DNA of 32,000 bases from Ktedonobacterales bacterium (GCA_030167145.1 CP126532.1:2610001-2642000), one strand, 5' to 3'. Shown: positions 15,547 to 23,995, counted from the stretch's first letter. Notes: generated from the letters alone by a model not told the origin. A program made the numbers and translations.

Positions 15547-17997
15547 TTAGCGTTGTTTCTTGCGGTCGCGGACGAGGATGGCCCGTAGCTCTGCCGCCTC
15601 TGGCAGGCCGGGCTGCAAGCGCTCCACCAGGTCTAGCTCGCGGAGCGCTTCGCCATAGCGGCCAAGCTCACCATAGCAGGCGGCAAGATGCAGGCGCGCG
15701 GGGATGTTATAGGGCGAGAGCTGCACGGCTCGTTCGAGCATGGGCAGGGCGTCGGCGGGGCGGTGGCGCGTAAGGTAGAGCGAGCCGAGCGCGTAGTGTG
15801 CCGACTCGTCGCCGGGATCGCGGCGCACGGCTTCTTCCAGCGCCAGCAGCGTGTCGTCTGGCTGGCCGAGCAGTTCGTAGATGGCTGCCATGCGGGTGAA
15901 CACGCCGCCCACCGAGGGGTCTAGCTGACTGGTCGCGCGCAGTTCGGCCAGCGCCTCGCGCGCGATGGCTTGGCGCTCCTCGGTGGAGAGGGTGACGGGA
16001 TCGTCGAGGTTCTCGCCGGAGACACGGCCCATGAGGGCATCGGTGAGATCCGAATGGAGTATCGCGCGGTCCGGCTCAAGTTGCAGAGCCTCGCGCAGCC
16101 GTGCTTCGGCCTGGTTGAAGTGTCCCTGGCGCGAGAGCAGTTCCGCCAGCCCTTGCAGATGCTCGGCGGTCTTTTCTTCCTCTACGACCTGCTCTAGCGT
16201 GCTCACGGCGCGCGCCAGCCAGGCGCTTTCTTCGCCGGCATTGCCCTGTGAGGCGTATTGCTCCGCGACGAGATATTGTTCGACGCCGACCTCGAAGCGC
16301 AGTTGTGTCTTCTCGCCGAGGCGCGCGGCCATGCGTTCGAGCAGTGCGGCGGCGCGCTCGTGGTTGCCCAGCGTGCGCGCGTCGGTCAGCGCGGCGCGAT
16401 AGACTGTCTCGTCCAGCGGCAGCCTGGCGATCAGCGCGTCGCCATAGTGGAGCGAAGCGGTGAGCGCACCAGTGATGGCGATGAGCGCTTCGGCGGCCTG
16501 CTCGCTGCCGGGAGTGGGCGGAGCCTGTTGCGTGATGGTCTCGACTGCCGTATGTGATTCCTGGATGCGCTGCTGCAATTCTTCGATGGTCAGCGCCTGG
16601 CTGGTTGCGCCTTCGTCGCGTGTGCGGCTCAGCAGCCAGGTATTCAGGGTGCGGTCGCGGGCGAGGGTGTAGCCGGTCCAGTACCAATGGCGTCCGGTCT
16701 CTTTGCTGTCAATCGTCGCCATCGGTAGCTCATCAAGCTGGCCGCCGCTGGGCGCGTCGGTGAGGCAGAGCGACCAGAATGCTTCCATCTCGATACGTTC
16801 GCCGTTCGCCAGATTGCCCGCTTGCCCTGGCACCCAGAGCGCGCTGGCTCGCTTCGCCTGTTCGCGCGCCAGCGTCAGCCGCAGCCCGCTTGGGTCGGAT
16901 TCCCGCGCCCACTGGCGGCGCAAGGCAATATAGTCATCGCGCGTTTCTTTGCGGCGCATGGGGTGATCGTCCGCCAGCAGATCATAGCTCAGCCCGTAAT
17001 CGCCGAGGCTCCAGCCGCCGATCCAGTTCAGGACGGTCTCATCGGCCTCCATGCCGCCCGCGATGTACGGCCGGTCGCCTTCGCGGTTGTAGCGATCGGT
17101 TTCGTGCTGGATGGCGGATTGGGCTTCGGCATCGTCCGGTTCCGCGAGCAGCCGCGCTTCAAGCTGTGCGAGCGCGCCCTGCGTATCGTCGCCTGGCTCG
17201 GTGACGCGCCAGTCGTTCACATCCAGCGCCTCGCGCACCAGCCGCCTGGCCCGCGCCCAGGATATGGCTAGCATCTCTGCTCGTTCGCCATCCGTGGCGG
17301 TGTCGTGCTTGATGCCTTCAATGACTTCGCGATGGAAGCGCGCACGACTCATCGAATCGAGCCGCGTGGCGTCTTTCAGCCCGTCGTGCCAGAAGTCCAG
17401 CAGCAGCGCCTGGGGGTGCAGGAAGTTGGGGTCGTTGCCTTCTTGCCAGCCAAGGAGCAGCGAGACCTCGCCCTGCTCGCGCGAGCGCGTGACGTAGGCT
17501 TCGACCAGGCGTTCGCGCCAGGTGAGTGGGTGCGGCTCGGCGGTTTCGGTGGCCGCCATCGCAGCGGCAAGCATGGTGGGGGTCGCCGCAGTTGGGGTGA
17601 GAGTGGCAGGCGCGCTGGCGGGAATGAGCAATGTGGGAACGAAGCCCATCGAGCGCAGATGGATGCGCGAACGCCGCGCTTCGCGCGCTACTTCGGCGCG
17701 GGGGTCAAGCTCGCCCACGGCCTGCGAGACGTCGGCGGCGTCTTGCCCAGCGGTGGCACGCAGTTTTTCGAGCCGTGCGGCGAAGACCTGGGCCACGGGT
17801 TCCGCTGCCATCCGCACTGGGGCGAGCGCCGCCAGCAGCGCGTCGCGTCCGGCGGGGTGCGCCGCATGGAGCGATTGCGCCAGCGCGGGAACCTCGGCGA
17901 GCAGGGTGTCTACCTGCGCGGCTTGCTCCGCCGTGAGCGGGGGAAGTGTGTCGTCCTTCTGGCGCTTGCGCTGGTCTCGCTGGTCGTGTCGCCCCAT
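15547..17997 (-). CDS. Large TPR-repeat protein with uncharacterised N-terminal ~550 aa
   Basis: Track ORF trimmed to ATG 17997 (SD AGGAG 8 nt upstream), 816 aa. The C-terminal ~250 aa have TPR-like repeats (AHYALGSLYLTRHRPADALPMLERAVQLSPYNIPARLHLAACYGELGRYGEALRELDLV). Confidence 0.8.
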   Translation of the reverse strand: MGRHDQRDQRKRQKDDTLPPLTAEQAAQVDTLLAEVPALAQSLHAAHPAGRDALLAALAPVRMAAEPVAQVFAARLEKLRATAGQDAADVSQAVGELDPRAEVAREARRSRIHLRSMGFVPTLLIPASAPATLTPTAATPTMLAAAMAATETAEPHPLTWRERLVEAYVTRSREQGEVSLLLGWQEGNDPNFLHPQALLLDFWHDGLKDATRLDSMSRARFHREVIEGIKHDTATDGERAEMLAISWARARRLVREALDVNDWRVTEPGDDTQGALAQLEARLLAEPDDAEAQSAIQHETDRYNREGDRPYIAGGMEADETVLNWIGGWSLGDYGLSYDLLADDHPMRRKETRDDYIALRRQWARESDPSGLRLTLAREQAKRASALWVPGQAGNLANGERIEMEAFWSLCLTDAPSGGQLDELPMATIDSKETGRHWYWTGYTLARDRTLNTWLLSRTRDEGATSQALTIEELQQRIQESHTAVETITQQAPPTPGSEQAAEALIAITGALTASLHYGDALIARLPLDETVYRAALTDARTLGNHERAAALLERMAARLGEKTQLRFEVGVEQYLVAEQYASQGNAGEESAWLARAVSTLEQVVEEEKTAEHLQGLAELLSRQGHFNQAEARLREALQLEPDRAILHSDLTDALMGRVSGENLDDPVTLSTEERQAIAREALAELRATSQLDPSVGGVFTRMAAIYELLGQPDDTLLALEEAVRRDPGDESAHYALGSLYLTRHRPADALPMLERAVQLSPYNIPARLHLAACYGELGRYGEALRELDLVERLQPGLPEAAELRAILVRDRKKQR

Positions 17998-18248
17998 GGC
18001 GGTCGCTCCTATCTGCTTTCGTTGCCGCGAATACGGACTCACGGTGACATCGTAGCGAATTATCGCAGATTTTGGCCCGCGTAGCGCGTGCGCCCCTACA
18101 TGCGCCGCAGGCGGGCCAGCCTGCGCGGGTTTCGGAGAGCGTGGGAATCGAGAGCGTGTGCGTTGGGATGGAGGGTGGTTGGCGCAGGTGATGCCGGTGT
18201 GCTATATGTGGAGGAATGGTCTTGGATTGAATGAGGAGGAGCAGAGAG

Positions 18249-18401
18249 ATGGCACGTAGCAGGTCGCTACGCTACTTTTTGACGAACCTGGATCAGCCGA
18301 TGCCGTTGCCTGAGAAGGTGGGGAAGCTGACGCGCAATCTGTGGCGCCGGGTGGCGCTGCGGCAGGCGTGCTGCGGGCATGATGGGGAGCCGGGCTGCTG
18401 A
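18249..18401 (+). CDS. Candidate 50-aa Cys-rich small protein (not in ORF track)
   Basis: SD GAGGAGGAG (18233-18241) lies 7 nt before ATG 18249. Translates to MARSRSLRYFLTNLDQPMPLPEKVGKLTRNLWRRVALRQACCGHDGEPGC, with TGA at 18399-18401. Support rests on the strong SD and non-random composition only. Confidence 0.45.
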   Translation: MARSRSLRYFLTNLDQPMPLPEKVGKLTRNLWRRVALRQACCGHDGEPGC

Positions 18402-18463
18402 ATGCGGGATGCTTCGTCCGGTGCGGACGATCACCATCACGGGCATGGGCATAACCATACGCA

Positions 18464-18682
18464 CTAGCTCCAGATATTTTCGGTGCGCACGTGGAGCCGT
18501 GCCCACTCGTCATAGAATGCCTGATCTTCGGCTGTTAGTTCATCGTCATCGAGACGCCCGGAGGACCATGCGGGCCAGAGATCAACCCATGGCTCATCGT
18601 GGATGACCACTCTTCCGCAGATGAAACAGCGTCCGAAGGCGTTGTTAGGCGGACTGGCACCCGACGTGCGCTCAGCAGTCAA
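18464..18682 (-). CDS. Possible small protein downstream of the Imm5-like gene (start uncertain)
   Basis: This is the 3' non-overlapping part of track ORF 18464..18952. It encodes ...FGRCFICGRVVIHDEPWVDLWPAWSSGRLDDDELTAEDQAFYDEWARLHVRTENIWS, which is D/E/W-rich, unlike the Arg/Ala/Pro-rich spurious frames here. No ATG. Candidate starts are TTG 18682 (overlaps the upstream stop) or GTG 18610. Confidence 0.3.
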   Translation of the reverse strand: MTAERTSGASPPNNAFGRCFICGRVVIHDEPWVDLWPAWSSGRLDDDELTAEDQAFYDEWARLHVRTENIWS

Positions 18683-19250
18683 ACACCGACCAGCAGATGT
18701 CGTTGCGCAATCGCTCGTCGTCAAGGACGAGCGCGCGAATCGCCGCTGGTAGTTGGTCGCGCTGCCACCGGCACTCGCGTCGCCCTGCGCTTTCGCCCGC
18801 TCCTTCCGGCGCGGCGGCACGTACGGCCTTGATCGCATAGGCGGCCGCGCCGAGTTCGTGCGCGGCGACGTGCGCGACGACCGCGGCCTGGCCGGCAGCG
18901 TAGGCGGCATACCGTGCCGCCCCACGCAGGTCCCTGGCCGCGCCCATTGCATGGCCGCCCGCCGCGCGAGCCTGAGTCATCGTAATCTCGCCACGCACCC
19001 AGGCGCGGGCCTGCGCGATGGCCTGACGCGGTCGCGGGTCCTCAGGCTGAGCCGACTCGAAGAGGCCCAGGACGTGCTCCGCGCACGATGCCGCCCACAG
19101 GGCAAGGAGATGGTGATCGGAATCGGTGAGGGTCCCACCACGGCGGATCGTCACGAAACGCGGGTCACGGTCTTTCGGGAGGATCACTCGTAGCACTCCT
19201 TCTGCTCGCATCTGCCCCAGAACTGCCGCCAGTTGAGCGCCTCTGGCCAC
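18672..19250 (-). CDS. Conserved hypothetical protein, Imm5-like putative immunity protein family (tentative)
   Basis: DPRFVTIRRGGTLTDSDHHLLALWAASCAEHVLGLFE...DPRPRQAIAQARAWVRGE...AAGGHAMGAARDLRGAARYAAYAAGQAAVVAHVAAHELGAAAYAIKA...RECRWQRDQLP...LRNDICWSVFDC closely resembles a protein family I recall from actinobacteria. That family is annotated as putative immunity protein or mislabelled SbcC. The start is GTG 19250 or ATG 19211. Confidence 0.7.
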   Translation of the reverse strand: MARGAQLAAVLGQMRAEGVLRVILPKDRDPRFVTIRRGGTLTDSDHHLLALWAASCAEHVLGLFESAQPEDPRPRQAIAQARAWVRGEITMTQARAAGGHAMGAARDLRGAARYAAYAAGQAAVVAHVAAHELGAAAYAIKAVRAAAPEGAGESAGRRECRWQRDQLPAAIRALVLDDERLRNDICWSVFDC

Positions 19251-19430
19251 TCACCAAACGACATGTGCTGCCCAGGCGGAAGGAGTATCACGCATGCTCT
19301 CTGATCCCCTGATGAGCCGGGGCGAATGAGAAGGCGCGCCGCGATGCGCTCGCACGCGCAGTATACATCACGGCGCCCATCCCCTATGAGAGGGACGGGC
19401 GCTCATGTGCCGCACTGGTGTGTGGCGCTG

Positions 19431-21509
19431 CTATTGCACGATCTCTGGGACCAGCGAGAGGTTGATGAAGAGATCGCAGCTTTGGCGCAGGATCATGGCG
19501 GCGGCGTCGTCGAAGGCGGCGATCTCGACGCGCACGCCGTGATCGGAGCAGTATTCGAGCAGCGGCAGGAAGTCGCTGTCGCCACTGACCAGCACGACGG
19601 TATCCAGCGCCTTGGCATCTACCATCCGCACGATGTCCATGCAGAGGTCGAGGTCCATATCGGCTTTTTTCGCGCCGGTAGCGAAGGTTTTGTAGTTCTT
19701 CGTGGTGACGCGATAGCCCATGCCACGGACCGGCGTGAGGAACGCCTGCTCAGCGTTCGGCTCTGGGTTGGTGGGGGCGTAGGCATGGGCGCGAATCACC
19801 CGGCGATTGCCGCGCAGGAATTCGAGCATCCGCCCGAAATCTACGTTCATGCGATGGCTGCGCGCGGAATAGACGACGTTCGCCACATCCACGAAGACGC
19901 CGACGCGCTCGGCGGAGGGGAACGCCGGGAAGGCTACGGTCATGCTTGGCCCGTGCGTCTGCTGGCGCAGTTCGGTTAGCATGCGGTCGGTCTGCTGCTG
20001 GATGGCATGCGTGACCATCGCGCCCAGTTGATTCGACGACATCGGCGGGATGTCCATCCCGCGGTCGGTGCGCGCTGGTCGCGGCAGCGAGGTGGGCGCT
20101 GGCCCGGCGACGCCGCGTGGCTGTGGGCCGAAGCCGCGCGCCATGTTCGGCTCTGGCGAGCCGAACGGGCTGACCGCTGGGCGTGGTGCCGTCTCGCGTC
20201 CAGGGCGGTTGTAGGGTGAATAGGGCTGCTCGAACGGGCCGAAGTCGCCGTATTGCTCGAAGCCGTTGCGCTGATCGCGCTCCGCAACTGGCGCGAGGGG
20301 CGCGCGCTCGCCGGTGGCGGCGGGCCAGACTGGCGCGATAGGCGGTGTTTCGGCGGCTGCTTCGGCGCTCCCATTCGCCGTGACAACATGCACTGGCCCC
20401 GCTGTAGGGCTGCCACGGCGGCGGCGGCGGCGGCGGCGCGATGGCGTCTGATCGTCTTCATCAGCTTCACCAGTTGCTTCCGCTGCCTCTTCCGTGGCTT
20501 CCACCTCGGCCTCCGCATCGGCTACCAGCTCGGCTTCGATTTCGGCTTCGCTGGCCGCGCGCATTTCGTCTTGGTCCGGCATGGGTAGCACGGTAGGGGT
20601 CGTATCGCGCAGGCCCAGCGCTGAGACGAGGTCGTCTATGGTGTTCTGCGCGCCTGCCGTCAATGGCGCACGCAGATCGCTGGCATCGAGCGCGGCGCTC
20701 GTCTCCGCGACGGAGCGCGCCAGCGCCTCTGGGGCGGTGCGGGCCACCGTGGCCTGCCATGGCTCCTCGGCCTCTTCCGGCTCAGCAGTGCCCTGCGTGG
20801 GGGCTTCGATTGGCTCAGTCACGGCGAGCGGGCCGCTCAAACGTTCGGGCCGCGCGGCTGGCGTCTGTCCGGCAACGGGAGCCGTGCCCCGCCGGTTGAA
20901 GCGGTAGCGCGTTGGGGCGGCCTCTTCCGCTGGGGCGACTTCCGTCACCACGGCGAGCGGTGGCACGAACGCGGCTGGCGTGATGGCGGCGTCGTGTTCT
21001 TCGGCGGTGGTGACGGGCACCACGCGCACCGCCTCTGGAGCGGCGGACTGCTCTTCGGGTCCGACCTCGCCCTCGGCGGCGGTGGGGGGGACGACGAGTT
21101 GCACGTCGTTCTTGCGACCGCGATGGCTCCGGCCACCACGGCTGCGCGGGCGCTTGGCCTCCGCTGGCGCGGTGGCCGCCTCGGCTTTGCCGGCCTCAGC
21201 GGTGGGCGCTTCGCTCTTCGCCGCGTCGTTTTCGATCTTCGGCGCAGCAGCTTTGGGCGTGCTGGCTTTCTTTGGCGCGCTCGTTTTCGGCGCGATGGCT
21301 TTGGGCGCGGTGTTTTTTTGCGCGGCGGTCGTGGGCGCGGTGGCCGCCACTTCGGCGGGCTGTGCCGTGAGCTGTGTCGCGGGCGCTTTGCTCGCGGCGG
21401 GCCGCCGTCGCGGGCGGGCGGGGCGGGTGGTAGCGGATTTGCCCGGCTCGGCGTTGGCGCTATGTGCGCTTTCGGCGCTGGCGTTGGGGGGAATCGTTGG
21501 TTGTGTCAT
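19431..21509 (-). CDS. NYN (LabA-like) domain protein with ~530-aa low-complexity N-terminal region
   Basis: Track ORF trimmed to ATG 21509 (SD AGGAGAAAT directly upstream), 692 aa. The C-terminal ~160 aa carry NYN motifs VGVFVDVANV and VLVSGDSDFLPL. The N-terminus is Ala/Pro/Glu/Thr-rich. It has basic patches (KRPRSRGGRSHRGRK, R8 run) and acidic patches (EAEIEAELVADAEAEVEATEEAAEATGEADEDD). Confidence 0.8.
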   Translation of the reverse strand: MTQPTIPPNASAESAHSANAEPGKSATTRPARPRRRPAASKAPATQLTAQPAEVAATAPTTAAQKNTAPKAIAPKTSAPKKASTPKAAAPKIENDAAKSEAPTAEAGKAEAATAPAEAKRPRSRGGRSHRGRKNDVQLVVPPTAAEGEVGPEEQSAAPEAVRVVPVTTAEEHDAAITPAAFVPPLAVVTEVAPAEEAAPTRYRFNRRGTAPVAGQTPAARPERLSGPLAVTEPIEAPTQGTAEPEEAEEPWQATVARTAPEALARSVAETSAALDASDLRAPLTAGAQNTIDDLVSALGLRDTTPTVLPMPDQDEMRAASEAEIEAELVADAEAEVEATEEAAEATGEADEDDQTPSRRRRRRRRGSPTAGPVHVVTANGSAEAAAETPPIAPVWPAATGERAPLAPVAERDQRNGFEQYGDFGPFEQPYSPYNRPGRETAPRPAVSPFGSPEPNMARGFGPQPRGVAGPAPTSLPRPARTDRGMDIPPMSSNQLGAMVTHAIQQQTDRMLTELRQQTHGPSMTVAFPAFPSAERVGVFVDVANVVYSARSHRMNVDFGRMLEFLRGNRRVIRAHAYAPTNPEPNAEQAFLTPVRGMGYRVTTKNYKTFATGAKKADMDLDLCMDIVRMVDAKALDTVVLVSGDSDFLPLLEYCSDHGVRVEIAAFDDAAAMILRQSCDLFINLSLVPEIVQ

Positions 21510-21842
21510 ATTTCTCCTACTTCTTAGCGGCCTTCGGGGAGCGTGGAGTGCCGGCGTGGGGAGGATGCGACGGCCAGGCGGCGCTATGCGCTTCGATTCG
21601 CGGCAACGCCGGTTCGGCGTGGTGGCTCCTTGCCTACCCGAAAGTGGTGGCATAGCCCGTCGCGAAGAAGCTGTGAATTCTTGCGCGCCAGTCCCTGGCC
21701 GTGCGTTCACATCCTCAACCCAGCGCCAAGGCCCTCGCGTGCCGCGTTGTCAGCGGGTCACGTTCCCGAAGCCTGGTAGTATGGGTTGGCCGCCGCATCA
21801 TGGGGATACGGCGCGATACGAAAACATCAGGGACAAGGTGTG

Positions 21843-22562
21843 TTAGTGTGAAGCGGAACCAGTGGTACGCCTGCCGAACTCACGTGTGGCGTCGGGTCGC
21901 GTGCCATTTGCGCCCGGCATCTCGCTCGCCGCACGCGTCTGGTCTTGCTCACCGAGACGCGGCTTGCGCGCGAGCGTGCGCCAGACGGCCACAATCCGTT
22001 GAATTGCCGTGAACGTGCTCGTCACCGCCAGAATGCCAATGACCCAGAGCAGCGAGGTGACGCTGCCAATGAGTAAGCCGACAGTCAGCAGGAGCACACG
22101 CTCTGGGCGTGCCATCAGTCCGCTTTTACACTCCAGGCCCAAGCCTTCAGCGCGGGCACGAGCATAGCTCACGATGAGCGAGCTGAGCGCCGCGATGTAG
22201 GCCAGGGCGATAAGCCAGGTGCGTTGGGCGGAGGCCACTGGCGAGAGCGCAAAGAGGATCACGCCCAGCAGCACCAGCCCTTCGGAATAGCGGTCTAGCG
22301 TCGAATCGAAGAAAGCGCCGAATGTCGTCTTCATGTTGCGCTTGCGCGCCAGAGCGCCATCTACCATATCGAAGAGACCCGCGAAGAGGAGCAATCCCCC
22401 ACCCACGCGCAGGTTTCCTGACGCGATAACCGCCGCCGCCACACCATTGAGCAGCAGACCGAGAATCGTCGCCATGTTCGGCGTCATGCCAATCGCGACG
22501 AGCGGCGCTACCACCATCTCCGCGATGCGACGCGCGTATTGTTGAATACGTGGCCCGAACAT
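21843..22562 (-). CDS. CDP-alcohol phosphatidyltransferase, probable phosphatidylinositol-phosphate synthase
   Basis: Track ORF trimmed to ATG 22562 (SD GAGGAG upstream), 239 aa. DMVDGALARKRNMKTTFGAFFDSTLDRYSE fits D-x2-DG-x2-AR-x8-G-x3-D-x3-D. The inositol assignment rests on cluster context (ino1, PimA-like GT4). Confidence 0.8.
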   Translation of the reverse strand: MFGPRIQQYARRIAEMVVAPLVAIGMTPNMATILGLLLNGVAAAVIASGNLRVGGGLLLFAGLFDMVDGALARKRNMKTTFGAFFDSTLDRYSEGLVLLGVILFALSPVASAQRTWLIALAYIAALSSLIVSYARARAEGLGLECKSGLMARPERVLLLTVGLLIGSVTSLLWVIGILAVTSTFTAIQRIVAVWRTLARKPRLGEQDQTRAASEMPGANGTRPDATREFGRRTTGSASH

Positions 22563-22589
22563 GCTTCTCCTCAATCCACCGTTCTCACT

Positions 22590-22618
22590 ATTGTACACTA
22601 TCGAACGAATATGCCCAA
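22590..22618 (-). promoter_or_regulatory. Promoter candidate for the CDP-alcohol phosphatidyltransferase gene
   Basis: On the minus strand: TTGGGC (22618-22613), a 17-nt spacer, then TACAAT (22595-22590), about 28 nt upstream of ATG 22562. The region is an AT-rich island. It holds two TTGTACA motifs (22591-22597 and 22638-22644). Confidence 0.35.
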
Positions 22619-22672
22619 TAGATACAAACAAAGCCATTTGTACAAGGCCATGGTCGTGTCGCTCCCCGGCGG

Positions 22673-22696
22673 GCGTCCACCGGACGCGCCCCTACG
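22673..22696. repeat. Dispersed hairpin repeat, copy 3 (variant)
   Basis: GCGTCCACCGGACGCGCCCCTACG has the same hairpin core as 7490-7511, a GC insertion, and TAC for TAT. Lies about 48 bp beyond the stop (22744) of the GT4 gene. Confidence 0.8.
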
Positions 22697-22743
22697 GAGA
22701 CCGACAGACCAGGCCGTTGGTTGCCAGCGTACACGCTGGTGGG

Positions 22744-23943
22744 CTATTCTGGCACGGCCAGCGGCGTGGCCCCTGGCAGGATGTAGGTGCGCTGCGCCAG
22801 CGGCGCATGCAACGCCATGATCTCCTGGTAATACGCCTCGACCTGTTCACCCACGCGCGCCCAGCTATATTCCGTCGCCCGCTCGCGTGCCGCCACGGCC
22901 ATGTCCCGTCGCGCCGCTTCATCGCCCAGCAGGTGACAGATAGCCCAGGCAAGCTTCTCGTGCTTGCGCGGGGGCACCAGCATGCCTTCGCGCTGCGTGC
23001 GGATCATGGTGCGGAACCCAGCGATATCGGAGGCCACGACGGGACGCCCAGAGGCCAGCGCTTCTAAGACGACAATGCCCTGGCTCTCGCCGCCGGTATT
23101 GGGCGCGCAGAAGATGTCTGCCGAGGCATAGAGCGCGGGCAGTTTCTCCGCCGCGATCCGCCCTGGAAAATGCACGTCGCGCCACCCCGCCTTCGCTACC
23201 AACTCCTGGAATGCTGGCCGCAATGGGCCATCGCCTGCGAAGATGAAGCGCGTGTTGGGGTAGTGCTGACGAATCGTCGGGATGGCGCGCAACAGGTATT
23301 TCGCGCCTTTGCGCTGCTCGAATCGCCCCAGGTAGAGCACGTTGAGTTTGTCGTCGTCATACTCTGGCAGCGGGGCGATATCGGGCGAGAAGCGCCCAAT
23401 ATCCACGCCGTTGGGAATGATGCGGTAGTTGCCAGGGAAGAAGCGCGAGACATAATCGCGCGCTGGCTGCGATACGGCGATGCGCCCCGAGAGCCGCCGG
23501 AAATAGCGTCCGAGAAAGGCTTTGGCCGAGACATACGCCCATTCGGATGCGGACGTGTAGCTGCGCGGGGCGTAGGCGTGGAAGGTGCCAATGTAGACCA
23601 GGCCAGGGATGTTGAGATGCAGCATGGTGAGCGATAAGGCTGACGCGAACGGCTCGTGCAGGTGCAGCACGTCGAACTGCTCACGCTCTAGCAGGGCGCG
23701 GATGCGGCCCTTGAGGTCTGGCGCGATGGCGACGCGGGCAATCGAGCCATTCATGCGCACGGGGGCAGCCCAGCCCAGCCGGTAGACCCCGTATTCCACC
23801 TGGCGCGCACGTGCGCCGGTGGCGGGGGTGAGAATGCGAACGGTATGCCCGCGGGCGCGTAGCTCTGCGGCGAGGTGCGTGATGTGATCCTGCACACCGC
23901 CGGGATAGCTCCAGTCGTAGGGCGATACCAGTCCGATTTTCAC
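22744..23943 (-). CDS. pimA: GT4 glycosyltransferase, PimA-like phosphatidylinositol mannosyltransferase
   Basis: The N-terminus MKIGLVSPYDWSYPGGVQDHITHLAAELRARGHTVRILTP closely parallels the mycobacterial PimA N-terminus as I remember it (MRIGMVCPYSFDVPGGVQSHV...). C-terminal GT-B motif GESQGIVVLEALASGRPVVASD. GTG start at 23943. Confidence 0.8.
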   Translation of the reverse strand: MKIGLVSPYDWSYPGGVQDHITHLAAELRARGHTVRILTPATGARARQVEYGVYRLGWAAPVRMNGSIARVAIAPDLKGRIRALLEREQFDVLHLHEPFASALSLTMLHLNIPGLVYIGTFHAYAPRSYTSASEWAYVSAKAFLGRYFRRLSGRIAVSQPARDYVSRFFPGNYRIIPNGVDIGRFSPDIAPLPEYDDDKLNVLYLGRFEQRKGAKYLLRAIPTIRQHYPNTRFIFAGDGPLRPAFQELVAKAGWRDVHFPGRIAAEKLPALYASADIFCAPNTGGESQGIVVLEALASGRPVVASDIAGFRTMIRTQREGMLVPPRKHEKLAWAICHLLGDEAARRDMAVAARERATEYSWARVGEQVEAYYQEIMALHAPLAQRTYILPGATPLAVPE

Positions 23944-23995
23944 TGTGTCCGTCCAGACTATTACCGGAGGCCGTCGGGGCCGTCCGGGCCACGAT

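Noticed and set aside
18464-18952. Full-length track ORF 18464..18952 (162 aa) overlapping the Imm5-like gene.
   Set aside because: Its upstream two thirds overlap the Imm5-like coding frame and are Arg/Pro/Ser-rich. Only the non-overlapping 3' part looks protein-like, and it is reported at low confidence.
19373-19402. Imperfect hairpin GCGCCCATCCCCTATGAGAGGGACGGGCGC just past the NYN gene stop, sharing CCCCTATG with the dispersed hairpin repeat.
   Set aside because: It lacks the GCGTCCACCGGACGC core, the stem is imperfect, and no T tract follows. I do not count it as a fourth copy, nor as a confident terminator.
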